Assembly: GCA_965235115.1 (NCBI GenBank)
Contig: OZ249436.1
Span: forward strand, 15,998,001-16,058,000
Reading direction: 5' to 3'
DNA: 60,000 nt
Source of the DNA: Laetmonice hystrix
Taxonomy: Eukaryota
Numbering within the stretch: position 1 is the stretch's first letter; every line of letters begins with the position of its first letter. Under the pieces are notes generated by a model, which saw only the letters and a list, made by a program, of their open reading frames with translations, made no database searches and was not told the origin of the DNA. This document shows positions 1-14,306 of the stretch, one piece after another. Both the position numbers and the translations under genes were made by a program.

Positions 1-3000
1 CCCTCTGAAACTTTTGTTCAGAAAATATAATCTGTCAAAGTCTCTGCTGCCATCATGTCACCTGCAGTGGTAGCTCAAACTCTTTTCCATCCATTACCCT
101 TCTGAATCATTTTTATTGGCAAGGTCATTACTAACGTATAACAAAAATTACAAAAGAAATATAACATCAGAAATGAAAATCGATTTACAGTACACTTACT
201 AGTAGGTCCATGTAACCTTACCTAAAGAAGAACGTACCGGTAATCAAAACTTCATTTATGGGTTGATTCCCTCATTTAATTTAGGGGAAAAAAACTTCTA
301 TGCATTATTTTTACGGTTAGATTTACGTCTGCCAAATGTTATAGTATAGGAGCTCAAGGGTTTAAATCAGGCACGATTTCTAACTTTTATGATGCCTGAA
401 CTTTTAGAACAGGAACCTGTTATTTTAAAAGGTTCCGCTTTAAAGTATGGCAACTAACAGTAACACAGTTCTGGTGGTGAACTCAAACTAGGGCATCCTG
501 GTTCATCACATAACCTGAATATAATAAATGTGAATGTAAGCCACCATGGACCGAACACTATTCCTGCTACACAACTGAATTTCAAGTCTCAATATCAGTG
601 TACATGTAACAATGATCAACAGGAAGAACTATTTTAAGGAACTCACACTTGACTTAGTTATATTGTAGCGTGGGTTATTGTTGACACAAGATAAATACTA
701 ATGATAAAAGATAACTAGTGCCACATTGGCCTTGCGTCAGAAGACTACTGTAGCAGTGGTTGAGTGTTCCTCCCAGACACACACCCCATCCAGTCTCTGG
801 CACGGTGGCTCTGCATAGCAATTTTGTTGTCCTCGCCCTAATGACTGGCTTTGAAAGATGTCTCGTTCAAAAAATCAGACTGCACAAACTCAAGAACACC
901 ATGTAAAGTTTTGAATGGAAAATGTGCAAAAATGTGAAAATAACTCAAACTATAGTATCAAACTTTCCAGGCCACAGACTATGGGTATTCATTTTTACAC
1001 TTAAAAGTACTTGTCTCCTTAATTAATATACCAAATAAATGAACAGCAGTACCAATTACCCCGAAACTTTAGGAGAACATGGCCACAATAGTAGAACACC
1101 TGAAAATGTTGAGAAAATTGTTGCCAGGATTGCAACATTTATCTGGTCATTCTTTTGTTTTGAGTATGAATACTATTTACTTATTTTCATTACCAAAATT
1201 CAATGGAGCACTATTCATTTCAGTATGTATTTAGGAATCTGACAAATACATGTACACCAGTTCCGTACATGTTTACACAAACAGACGGGATGCCTAAAAG
1301 TACTTGATCTACAGTCTACTTAATAACTCATCAAATATTCAAATTTTCTTTGTCCAGAGTTTTTCTAGCAATACACACAGTCCTTAAAGGCATAAGAGGC
1401 TATAATTTGAGGGTGTTCTAGGTATTTTTCGAAGAGTAAAATGTAATATTTTAAAGATTTTCCTAGGAAAGTTTCTGTGACGAAGAGCAGGGGAGAGGTG
1501 CAAAAAGCATGAAGTCCTGAGGAGATGGCATGGTTGGGTGGTAATGCATTAGGCTTTTACTGATACACATCATGTATACATAGGAAAGAATCTGAAATAA
1601 GCAAAGGAGGGCTGCACATGAATGATGCAGATGACAAGCATAAGGAAAGCACTGACACTAGGAAACAAAACAAATCAAGTACATTATGCAAAGGCAGGCC
1701 TTACTTGTTCAGGTATATAAGCACGCATGCACCAGAAAGTGCCTAAAATCCTTCAAAGTGTGGAACAACATGAAAACATCAAAGCTCAAAATAATATTTC
1801 GAAGGGGGTTCGTTCAAGACCTGTATTCTCTCTCGATGCTGGGGGGGGGATGGAGCAATTTTGCTATTCATTGTTCTTGAGCAAAAGATCCCTGTGCACA
1901 CAACATCACTGACAGGGTCGGACTTAACATTTTTGAAAGAAGGGTGGGGATTCAAGAGGGAAAAGTGGCAAAATGGGTGCCCAAACTGGTCAAATCAGAA
2001 GGCTCTATGAGAAAGCCGCACCTGACCACACAGGAATGCGGGCAACAGTGTCCCTGCGACCAGTGATTCAAAATTTTACTCTGCATTTGTATATATTATG
2101 TATGGAGTATTGCAAAGGCACACTTTAGAAAGAAAACTGTGACGCGATCTACCGCTTATTTAGAGCCTTGCACATCCCTCGCCTGGCCAACATAAACAGC
2201 CAATTTTCTGATCGGTCGTCGATTGATAAAGTTTAAAAGTGCTCCTGAAGAATATCTAGAGGAATTTAACAAGGTTGAATACAGAATATCTGAACTTTGT
2301 TAGACACGGTGTTATCTGGCCTGGGTCCACTTGTAAGGGACACACGACAGCAAGCGAAAAGGGCATCATGGCATCGGCCTGCCATCGATGAGGCAAAAGT
2401 TAGGAGGGCAGGCCTTGCCGTTTGACGGGCGCGATCGCGTTTGCGCCCCTAAGCGCCCACAAAATCGGTTTCAGAAGCGCTGTTTATCGCGCCCCTCAAC
2501 TTCACTGACTGATGTGAACCCTCAGCCATGTCTGAGTCAACCTCAAAAACGCTCTCTGTCTCCTCCTTGTCCCCCAGTCATTAATGAGTCAATCATTTCC
2601 TAGACGGCTCCCAGGACCTCTTTATATATGCTTGAACCTTATAAACTACCCTGAGTTTACCTGGAAATACCCTAACGTGGGACAGGAACGATTTCTAGGG
2701 GAGTGATTTAGCTCTCCTCGGATAACCAAGGAGAGGGATGGATCGCTCCCGTAAAGATTTCAAACAGGAAGCACGGGGAGGGCATGATGGCAGTTGCCAT
2801 TGATGGCATTGTATAATTCAAGGCCCATGACTTGCTCTTTGACCAATACAATACAAAGGCGTTGGAACATGACAAAAAGTTGGGGGGGGGGGGGGAATCT
2901 AAGCAAGTGAACACATGCATGGGGGGCCTGGGGTCCTACTCCAGAAAAGTTTTGAAATTAAAAGGCATCTGGAGACAGAAATTGTGAAGTTTCTCAAAGC

Positions 3001-3416
3001 ATTTAGGTGAAGTTGAGGTCTGTACCAGAATTTAAGTGGACATTGAAAATTCTAGGTCTGACATTGGGGGGGGGGGGTCACAAACATATCTTTGCCCCCC
3101 ACCCACCCACCTACATATTGGACCATTTTTAACCTGTAACAGGGTCAAAATAATTTCATAAAATATAGTCCAACATCTTTAAAAATGAAACTACAGCAAA
3201 TTTTAAGAACTTTACAAACCAAAGTTGTAAAAATGAACATTTTAATTTTCAAAACTATCTTTCGAATTCATATGCTCTGGTTGAAGCACTCTGGTTAGGT
3301 CCTAGTTGACAAGTGAAGAACTGTCGAGGTCCCTGGTTCATAGCGGGGTTAGTCCAGCCGAGACCGTCCAGCCAAGCCACAGTCTGACTTGCATTAATTT
3401 TAAGGTTTCTATAAAC

Positions 3417-3787
3417 TTTTTAGGGTCTGGTGTCGCGGTCTGTTTTCTCCGGCGGTCTGTAATCTCCGGGAGCATGGTTTCCTATTGTTTAGAGGCCGAC
3501 CCAGACGGGTGAGCATGCACGTGTCACAGTTTGGGCTCACACCTCCGGTCGTCTGCTAGCCTAATGGGCGCTGGAGTTTTCTTCCAAACAGTAATAAACG
3601 ACAGCCTGGATAGGCAAATTGTGGACCCAAACTGACGGAGGAGAAAAGGATTATTACGTGAGACTCCATCCAGACTCGATATTTCGGATAGTTTACCGAG
3701 AATGATACAAATACACACGACTCTGCAGCCAACCTCCCGGAGATTTCAGACCGCGGAGAAAACAGACCGCGACACCGGATCCCAAAA
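3417..3787. mobile_element. MITE-like element with ~55-bp imperfect terminal inverted repeats
   Basis: 3417-3472 (ttttagggtctggtgtcgcggtctgttttctccggcggtctgtaatctccgggag) is the reverse complement of 3734-3787 with few mismatches. No clear TSD. Confidence 0.6.
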
Positions 3788-4342
3788 TGACAGGTTTACC
3801 AACTATTTCTAGACCTCCCGACTCCATGAGAACCCTGAATAATGACATATCGGATCTTTTGAATAGGAAAGGTGGTTCCTCCAAAAGGCTTGAATCTAGA
3901 TTTTTGAAATGATAATATAGATGATAGATCTAGCAATATCCAATCCACATTTCCTTTAGAGCCTGGTACATCACTGAATAAATGGTTGGGCCAATACAGT
4001 TTGTAATGGCTCAACATCTAGGCTTAGATCTAGTTGACCACCATGCCGTGCGTCAGGACTTACGGGAGGCAGAAAAGAACAAATGCATCCCCTTCGCCTT
4101 TGACTGAGACAAGGAGCCTCGTCAAATGGCAGTCACAGAGCTCGTGCCGTCGTGGTATTGAATCAATAAGTCTGACGCCCGACACTGGCGACAGTCTGTC
4201 TACTAGGGACAACACACTATATACCATGGACAGGCTTCTTCTTAAAAAACTATTATGCAAAACTGTTTGTTGGTTGACGGCCACTCAGGGATCCAAGGCA
4301 GAGTCGGTGTCATCAGAGTGCCAGGCAAGCAGCCATGCTGGC

Positions 4343-4426
4343 TAATGCACTCAGTGGCCTTTACTCGGAAAACCTCAGGCTGAGGCGCGACAGGTCGTAC
4401 AAAAAACGCACTCATCACAGACATTA
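4343..4426 (-). ncRNA. Candidate box C/D snoRNA-like sequence
   Basis: On the minus strand: TAATG..GTGATGA (C box, 4412-4418), CTGA (D', 4375-4378), CTGA (D, 4351-4354)..CATTA, giving a 5-bp terminal stem over 84 nt. It lies in an intron of the putative transcript. No rRNA guide complementarity recognised and the C' box is weak. Confidence 0.2.
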
Positions 4427-4488
4427 AGACACACTCCACAATCTCTCATTGGCCGTGTAAGGTACAAAAATATCCATACGTTACTCAC

Positions 4489-4930
4489 CATTTGTTGGCA
4501 TCGTGAATGATCGCAGTCACTTGAAGGGTTTTTCAGAGAAGTATCTGCCTCTAACGTTTCCTTCCCAGCCGGTGACGGTGTGCCAATATCAAGTTTGTAT
4601 GAGACGTCATGAACCGTTCATGAGATCTTGGACGGCCTACATAAGGCATGTAACAACTTGGCAGGCTAAAGAAATAAAATAAGTAGAGAGCAGCTAACCT
4701 TAACAATTTCCCTCGTTCTTAGAAGATAAAACTTACTATCACAATGATGATATGAAATCTGTGGTGAAATATTTTGTACACGAGGACGCAGTTATGAACG
4801 CTGTCATCTCTGGTTTACCTTTGCGCCACTAGCCCCACCTAGCGCTATGAGAAGCGAACTAATGTCTGCCGCCATCAAAGAACCTCGCCACGGTATCGAG
4901 GTTTTTTGCCGCCATCTCCCGGATACTTGG
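4489..4930 (-). other. Putative 5' exons of a leftward spliced transcript (5'UTR with uORFs or lncRNA; coding status unresolved)
   Basis: Exon 1 ends at 4819 with an AAG|gtaaac donor and carries two ATGGCGGC (YY1-like) motifs. Exon 2 spans 4489-4665, with a pyrimidine-rich ttctttag| acceptor and an ATG|gtgagt donor. All three frames of exon 2 contain stops. No downstream coding exon was recognised in 1-4488. Confidence 0.35.
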
Positions 4931-6093
4931 ACCATGTGCTCGGACTTTGTTTGTGAGCCAAGAGCTGTTACTTCTAGTACAATCAAACTTGTTAAAATTA
5001 TTAGATCTCAGTTATTTCGCATGCATAATATTGAACGCGTCGCGTGTCTGATTGTAAATTATAGGGCTAGTAGGCCTATCGGCGGGCCTAGCCTAGATCT
5101 GCTTGGCACCGTTGTGTAGCCTAGATGGATTTCCATACGACCATTATAGATCTACTATCTTTGCTACTACTAGGCCTATATTACTAGGCTACTATTTTTC
5201 TCACTGCCAGTTAGTTAAATCCAGGGCAGATTACTGGTCGCACAGAGGCGTAAGAAGCTGGGGGCAGAGGGGGCTGCTGCCCCCCCCCCGCCCCCCCCCA
5301 TACCTATAAGAATGACTGCAGTCTCAATGCAGAATCATAGGCGTAAGTCATTGTGACGTCACTTCTGCCCCCCCCCCCATAGGCCCTAGTTTTTTCCTTC
5401 TAGTACTGCTACACCACCGCACATCAGAGCCTATTAGCAAGGATTAAATAGAGAGTTTCTATAATCCTTGCTATTAGGCTATACGACCCAGTTGCGGAGC
5501 ACTAGCTGGCGAGGGCCATTCTGGAAGTTCTGGGGTTTCATAGACATTTGGGGGTTGAACAAGATAACCCCCCCCCCCCCCCGGGCACTGCATGGCCCAA
5601 GTTCCCAACTTCATTACGCTACGGTGCCGATAGCCTAAATTTGATTGAGGGGGGGGGGGATTTTCTTTATAAATTTCCCGGCTCTAATTTCTCAAAGAAA
5701 TAGGCCTAAATAATCTCGCACCGTCTGTGGTTGGAAAAAATATTCTGGCTCCCAGAGATAGGCCTAGTAGGCCTAATGTTCGACGGAACTCAATCTAGCA
5801 CAGCACACGTGGCACAAGGTTTCATCAGAGACTAGAATCTATAGCCTACTCTGCTTTCATCGAAGAACGGCAGAGGCCCACAGAGTTAAATATAGTAAAC
5901 TAAGTCTATGTATATATGGATTAAAGTACAAACTACTACTATTATTTAAAGGAACACTCTTCTCCTGCATATTGAGTTATCAGATGTTAACTTGATAGTA
6001 CTAGAGTCCGTCTATACCATATTCATATTTTTAGACTGCACTTGTAATTAATGATTATCAATCAAAAACGGGACTTAGTAGTTAATGGTCTTT

Positions 6094-6168
6094 CCGCCAT
6101 CTTGCAAAAAGGACGCATGCTGACGCGGAAATCTACAGAACTATAGCTGCCACCTGGTAGTGACGTCA
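6094..6168. promoter_or_regulatory. Cluster of YY1-like, CTCF-like and CRE motifs
   Basis: ccgccatcttg (6094-6104), ctgccacctggtag (6147-6160) and TGACGTCA (6161-6168). Motif matches only. Confidence 0.25.
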
Positions 6169-6563
6169 TGAAGGGACAACAACTTTGGTAGGCCTAGGCC
6201 TACAGCGTAGACTGAAGGCGTAGACTAGCTAAACTTACCGCGAGTTCGGCCCACAACAAGGAGTATTCCAGGACTTTATGCGGAAGTGGGGTTGTAACAA
6301 CCGAAAGGTTAAGAATTGGGATCAACAAAGGAGCTTTCATGCTTTCCCGTCTAAAATAAAACGACCTGTAGGCTGTATAATTCTGAAAAGGTGGGTGCAC
6401 AACATGCGTCGAGGTAGGCCTAAGCTTAACTTCTACCTAAACTGCGTTTCTGCTGTGACTGTGATTTGTTTATTGGAAAGAGAGGGGGAAAATGGCCGAG
6501 AGCAGGGGGATCACGACCCCCCCCCCCCCCGCACCCTCTGGATCCCCGCCTGTAACTTACAAG

Positions 6564-6711
6564 CAGGGGAGTAGCCAGGATTTTTTGAGGGGGGGGGGGG
6601 GGCTGAGATTCGCGACGAGCTGAAATCGCGCACATGTGTCCGTTTCATCATTGAAAATTCAATCTTTACTGGTGTAAGCCTGGGTGGGTGGGCCCCCTGG
6701 CTACACCCCTG
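6564..6711. mobile_element. Non-autonomous hAT-like MITE, 6-bp TSD
   Basis: Termini cagggggagtagccagg / cctggctacacccctg; TACAAG duplicated at 6558-6563 and 6712-6717. Confidence 0.7.
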
Positions 6712-6740
6712 TACAAGTAAGGTTATCTCAGTATAGGCCT

Positions 6741-6923
6741 CAGGGGCGGATCTAGATTTTTTCCAAGGGGGGGGGTTACAGAGACGCCAACAGTGCCGAG
6801 CTCGCGAAGCGAGGGAGCCCTACTATATAACGCGGGTGGGGTCCAGTACATGTATAGGCGCTTATTGGTGGCTCATGAGCAGGGGGGGGTTAAACCCTCT
6901 GAAACCCCCTGGATCCGCCAGTG
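6741..6923. mobile_element. Non-autonomous hAT-like MITE, 5-bp TSD
   Basis: Termini caggggcggatctag / ctggatccgccagtg; GGCCT on both flanks. Confidence 0.7.
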
Positions 6924-6974
6924 GGCCTAGGCCTAGGCCATAGCCATAGGTAACAGGCTTAACCCTTATAGATC

Positions 6975-7290
6975 CATTGGTGGATCCAAGGGGGCCCAGG
7001 GGACCCGGGCCCCCCTTAAAATTTCCTTTCCTCCCCTTTTTTTTTAAAGAAGATGCATTATTCAGACCCTGAAACCAGGATTCCAACAAAATTCTATTTA
7101 AAAAAAATATTGTACGTGATAGTAACATCGGGCCCAAAAGGGCCTCTCAGTCATCTAGGAGCAACATAGGCCATGCAGCATTAAAATAGACCAAAAGGGG
7201 CCCAAAACGGCCATAATCACAATAAAATAATGCCGAGCGTAGCGAAGGTGGGCCCCCCTTATCAAAATCATGATCCTGGATCCCCCACTG
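6975..7290. mobile_element. Non-autonomous hAT-like MITE, degenerate 5-bp TSD
   Basis: Termini cattggtggatcca / tggatcccccactg; flanks AGATC / AGGTC. Confidence 0.6.
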
Positions 7291-7329
7291 AGGTCTAGGC
7301 CTATAGCAATTCGCAAAATAAAGCAAAGA

Positions 7330-7682
7330 CAGGGGCGTAGGAAAGGGGGGGGGGCAGGAGGGGGGGCATCCCCCCCCCCACTTTGAAATGAGGGGGGGGC
7401 AGAGTATCTTTTGGCCGTACATTGGAAGTCTATGCATGGGGAGGATATTTTCTCACATTTCAGACCTTATTTTGTGCTCTAAGATGCACCAAATGTCACC
7501 AAAGTACAAAATAAATTTCAATTTTTTCGGGGGGGGGGGGGCATGCCCCCGGACACCCCTAGCATGGCTTCGCGCCTTCGGCACTCGCCCAGACCCCCCG
7601 CCAAACTGTAATCCCCCTCGAAAAATCCTGTGCATGGCCCTGTTGGCCCCCCTACTTTTAGAGTGCTTCCTATACGCCTCTG
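7330..7682. mobile_element. Non-autonomous hAT-like MITE, 5-bp TSD
   Basis: Termini caggggcgtaggaa / ttcctatacgcctctg; AAAGA duplicated at 7325-7329 and 7683-7687. Confidence 0.7.
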
Positions 7683-8132
7683 AAAGATCTATAATGATTC
7701 CCGCGTTTGCGACCATGACGTTACACGTTACCGACTCCATAAAACGCAAAAGTGTTGGCTCGCTGGACTGAACTTTATGTCACTGGCACCTTATCGAGTG
7801 TCTTCAAGATACGTCTATAGGCCTACTTCCAGGTGGGCCACATGTATTTAACAGCCCCACTTGAGCATGCTGCAGGAGACCTCGACATGTTATGGATAAC
7901 ATGGTTATATATAGGCCTATGCTGAGGATTTAATTCTTTGTATTGGCTTAGGCCTATAGATCTATAATTTATCCATTCCGAATGCTATTAAGGCCTATAA
8001 TGACGCCTTAATCGCCTTAGTGATAATATTATGAGCAACAATGCAGCTGTGAAATACAGGTAGATTTGCATAGGCCTGTATCCACACGAAGTGGATTTCG
8101 GGAGCCCTTGGCAACGACACGCATTTAGATAA

Positions 8133-9620
<1,488 letters not shown>

Positions 9621-12600
9621 GAATAGCCTATTCCCTATTTTTACTCCCGTACCGAGTGCCTATACCTCAAAGGCAAGAAAATTAAAAAAGAAAAAAATAG
9701 CAAAAGGACAAAATTCAATTTACCAGTAGCCTATTCAGTGGTGGCTATATATAGACCGAAGTGTAGGCCTATAGGCCCTACCTATAGCAAAGCCGAAATG
9801 TGCATGCATGTCCGCTGACGGGCAATGTAAGACAACATCGTATGTAGCGTGGTGTGTGGTTGCTCAGTGCATATATATAGGCCCTACACCGCATAAGCCT
9901 AAACAGGCCTATATTTAAAAAGGTGTTTTATCAATGCTATGGTCTGTCCATGCTCTGTGGTATATCATGCAGGCCTATGTTGTCTTCCATAATGGCATAA
10001 ACACACTAAGGCTGTCGAATCTGTGTTCTAGCCCATCAGTGGACGAATTCAATGAATAAAGTAAATTTGAACCCAAACAATTTTGTCAGTTTCATTATAG
10101 TTTGTCGCTTGACGAATAGCGATCTTGTATCGAGGCCTATAGAGGCCTACTTTAATATTTTCCCGGACTTATCAACCGTCATAAAACAAACTTCAACTTC
10201 TCACGATGAAACGCTGAGCGCATTCTTTCCCCTCAATTTTGCCTGCACTTCGAGGTTAGGTAGGTTTCAGGATGTATCTTTTTTGCCTATTTAGTCCCAT
10301 TTATTTACTTAGGCCCTACTTATCTTTAATTTAGGGAGGATATATAGGTATAAGAGTGGCATCATTCTTTGGTTACCTCGATCTATAGATCGGCCCCAAT
10401 CCCAGAGTATTTACAAAAACTCTTCCTATCCGAGTGATCCGACCAGCGAGTAACTGGTTGCAGGGGCTGCCTGCCGCTACGACAACAAGGCGACGTGCAG
10501 CCAGGCACGAACTCGTCCCCGAAGCGCCTCACAGTGGCGATATAGTGAACTAAAGACACTACTCGACTGTGCATTTCTGCTTAGAAAGGCTGCCTGTGTG
10601 ATGGACGCGTTTTCAACTACATTAAGGCCTACCGTAATCGATATGCAATTATGTTCCGTGGAGGTTGTCAACGAACTTTGGTCAGTGCCTTATAGTAGAT
10701 CAAAGGTTTCACTCACAATATAGGCCTACCACTCTGGATGATGGATTTCGAACGGTTAGTAGGGTAGGTGGTATCCTAGGACAATTCCCCTATAACGCCG
10801 GTAAAACATAAGTGAAAAGTAGCCTACGTAAAGTCTAGCTTGCTGGCCTAATATTATAGGCTACGACGCATGCCGGGCTGATTGAACAGTCTGTCAGTGT
10901 CCGAAGTGGAAGGCTGACCATGACTGCAGAAAATACCTCATTCAGGTAGGCCAGACGTATTAAATTTCATGATTAGGCCTAACTATATATTATATATTTC
11001 ACGTTTACTTGTGAATCATCGTCCCCATATTTAATACATATCATGCATAGGCCTAACAGAATAATTATAACATATAGGGGCATAGGCCCTATGACCCTGA
11101 TGTCGGTGGGAAGAATTTTTTAAGATATAACTATATAGGCCCTACTAAATATAGCCTACATGCTACATTAATCTTATATAGGCCTAGGCCTACAGCTAGG
11201 CCTATACGATTTTAAAAATCTGAAAACCTGAAGTTCATTTTTTGTAGTTTTTCGTCTTCCTCTTTTCAGTGCTAAAATTGCCCTCTCATGCACTTTGAAT
11301 TCAATAGACTTTGATGATGTGTGCTGTAGCTGCGTACTTTCACAATGCTATGGGCTATGTCTGATGTTCCGACGAGTGTAAGCGAACGATTACTGTTGAT
11401 CAGACTATAGTGGATTTCTTCCCGCCACACGCGGTCGGTTTTTATAGCGAGCTGACCCGACGACCTTGCCCGGTTTGCCGTCGGCATGCGCTGTTATCAG
11501 AGGCGTGAGGCGGTACCCCCAGAAAAGTGTTCGTCGACAAGCAGACGGCAGACAGACGGATCTGCATAGTCTCGCGGCTTTTGGTAAGGTTGGGGGGGGG
11601 GGGGGGGGGGTGTCGGCGTATTCAATTCAGAAAGTTCTATAGGGAAAGCCGAAAGGGGGGGGGGGGGGGGGTTAACCACCACCACCCCCGATCCGCCACT
11701 GACTAGTGCAGTGACGTTATATGGTTGATGAATGATCACTTAAAGATCTGCTTTCTCCTTCCCGACCCCCCCCCCCAACTTTACACTTTGCCTATAGATT
11801 TGTTTGTGATCATGTCGCGGGATGGCGGATAAAGTGGTATATAACCGCGTTCACGGTAAATTCAAACTTCTTTCGCATATGATTTAGGCTTTTTAGGTGA
11901 TAGTCTCATGCATGCATGGAGTGCGGTCCTTATCGAACCGTTTGAAATTAGAGTGGGCGGTGTGAGCCAGAGGTATTGGAAGGCCAATATGATCGATAGG
12001 AATAAAATGAGCGATAGTACTCCTCTCTTTTTTCTTGCAAAGGCGATAATAAATTTGAGTAGGTGCAGGCATACTTCGACAGGGAATCTAAAACTGCGGC
12101 AAGCTGTCCAATTAACTGCCTATTTGTCGCATCGTGAACAATGCAAGGTAGGTCTGCCAGGCCTAAGTTCTACGCGGACGGTGATGTGTCCATGGGGACC
12201 TATACATATTACTGAAGATGGTATAGGCCTACTAGCCCAGGCTCTATGCGTCCGGAAGTTAAAATAAGGAGTGCCCGTCCTAGAAAGACGGCACATGGGG
12301 CCTACACACAGAACATTTTATCAAAGTAGTTTGCGGGTCATCCATTTTTTCCGATACGTAGAATCTATTTAGGCGCCTAAAAAGGACATATCGCTTTGTG
12401 GATCCCCACGCCAAGCTCCTCGGCCCCATGCATGGTGGGCTGTGCCTCTACAGGGGGCCTAATGAAGAGCCCCACCCACTCCCGGAAAAATCCCCCTCCA
12501 ATAGATTCCATATATAGGGCCTAGATATTTTCGTCAATCACCATTTCTGAATAGGGGCCTACCAGCTGTAAATTGGGCAGTAGCCCCTCAAAATCTTAAA

Positions 12601-12879
12601 CCAGTATATAGGCGTATATATAGGCTATACTGTGCCGAATTGTACCTAATTTCACTTTATGGATAATCGGTCATGATATTGAGATAGAGGGTCTGAGGTT
12701 TCGAATTGAATATCAGTACCGTGCTCAGCCAGCAGATGTGACTGTCCCCACTCCTGTTTAACCTCACCACCAGATTGGGGGGGGGGGGGGGGAGGTTATA
12801 ACTTCTGGGAAGCGAGTTCGCCCCTCCATGGGTTCGTTACACCTCATTTCTATGCTTAGGCCTGAAATTATACGAGTTA

Positions 12880-13076
12880 AGCCGCTTTCACATGCATACG
12901 GTGTGCGGCTTGCGGCATGCGGCGTGCGTTTTTGTTAATAATGTAACAAATGTAAATCGCCGCACGCCGCAAACCGGAGACATGTGAATGGTTATATCTA
13001 TTTACAGTTGTTCCATTTTTGCAAAAACGCACGCCGCACACCGCACACCGCAAACCGTGTGCATGTGAAAGCGGCT
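12880..13076. mobile_element. PIF/Harbinger-like MITE
   Basis: TIR agccgctttcacatgca / tgcatgtgaaagcggct extending imperfectly inward; TTA duplicated on both sides. Confidence 0.8.
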
Positions 13077-14306
13077 TTATCCTCCCAAAGGTTAGGCTGG
13101 TTAGAACGCATGCTTTTCAATAAGGAATGCATGTAAATCATGGTACATGTTTACAATCATCAGCATTGCCCTAGATCTAGACATAGGCCGACCAATATTA
13201 GGCCTACATGCTTGGAGTGTTGATGTTCTAGGAGACCCCGCATACCTACCGCAACAGGTGCGCCCTCTTCCGGGAGTATCAGTATTTGACTGGTGAATCA
13301 GCCTGGGCCGAGGCGTGTTACCCGGCACGTATACATACAGGTCTACATGATGGACGAGCCGTGGGTGGACTTGGACCCGTTTCCGTCACATGGCCAATAA
13401 AACAGTCGTTTCTAAGGTTCTTAGCCGGCGACGCGTTCCAAGCAAAGTGACATGGTGTTTGGGTTAAGACAGACCTAAGTCCAACTGTGGAATACATCGC
13501 TGTGCATAAGTCAAGGTTGAGAATTGCTAAGATAAACGTTGTGATGGAGAGAAGACTGCAGTGTTCAGCCGGGACCAACAGGACCAGCAGGTGATGATGT
13601 ATTCTACTGGCCTGTAACGTCCCAGCCGAAGCTGCATCAATGCTGCCCGTACATCATTGACCGTCGAAAAGACTTGGCAGATATTTCTGTCTATGTTTAT
13701 TTAATACACTCAGGACTAACGGATACACGAACCGCTTCCACAGTACTGGACGAAACTGGATATTGTATAGGGTAGGCCCAATAAGAGTATAATTCTAGGT
13801 TGGATTTTTTGGGTCGTTTTATGGTCCTTTTTAAAATATTATCCTGCTAGTCTTGCTAAGCGAGAAACTGCATGGTAAGGCCTTGCATGAAATCCATTCT
13901 GCGGGATATAAAAACCAATTTTTAAAATAATTTATCTATTTTTTTCTCTTCAAATCAGGGTTTTTTAAAACAGTTTTTCGAAGCCTCAGAGCTTCAACCA
14001 CAAAGAAGGGAAATGTATTGTGATAATTCAGTGTTGTAATATATGTTGTTTCTTATTCTAGATCTCATCTTTTATTAAAAAATTATCTGTCCTGTGTATA
14101 TAAATCTGAATCTGTTATAACATTAACATAATTATTGTAATTTGTTTTTGATATTAAACATTATATAGTCAGCGGGACCTTACGTCCCATAGGCTTATAG
14201 CCATAACCCCACACAATTCGAGTCTCTATAAACATGATAATCCGTACAGCACTAGTTTCGTTTACCGGTACATTAAATCCTACGACGGCACACGTCTTCC
14301 AGGCTG

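Noticed and set aside
13225..13680. Peptide snippets LGDPAY (Harbinger-like), VYMMDEP..LDP (ABC Walker B-like) and GDDVFYWP
   Set aside because: Short, in different or stop-interrupted frames. At most a decayed transposon relic; cannot be assigned without a tblastx search.
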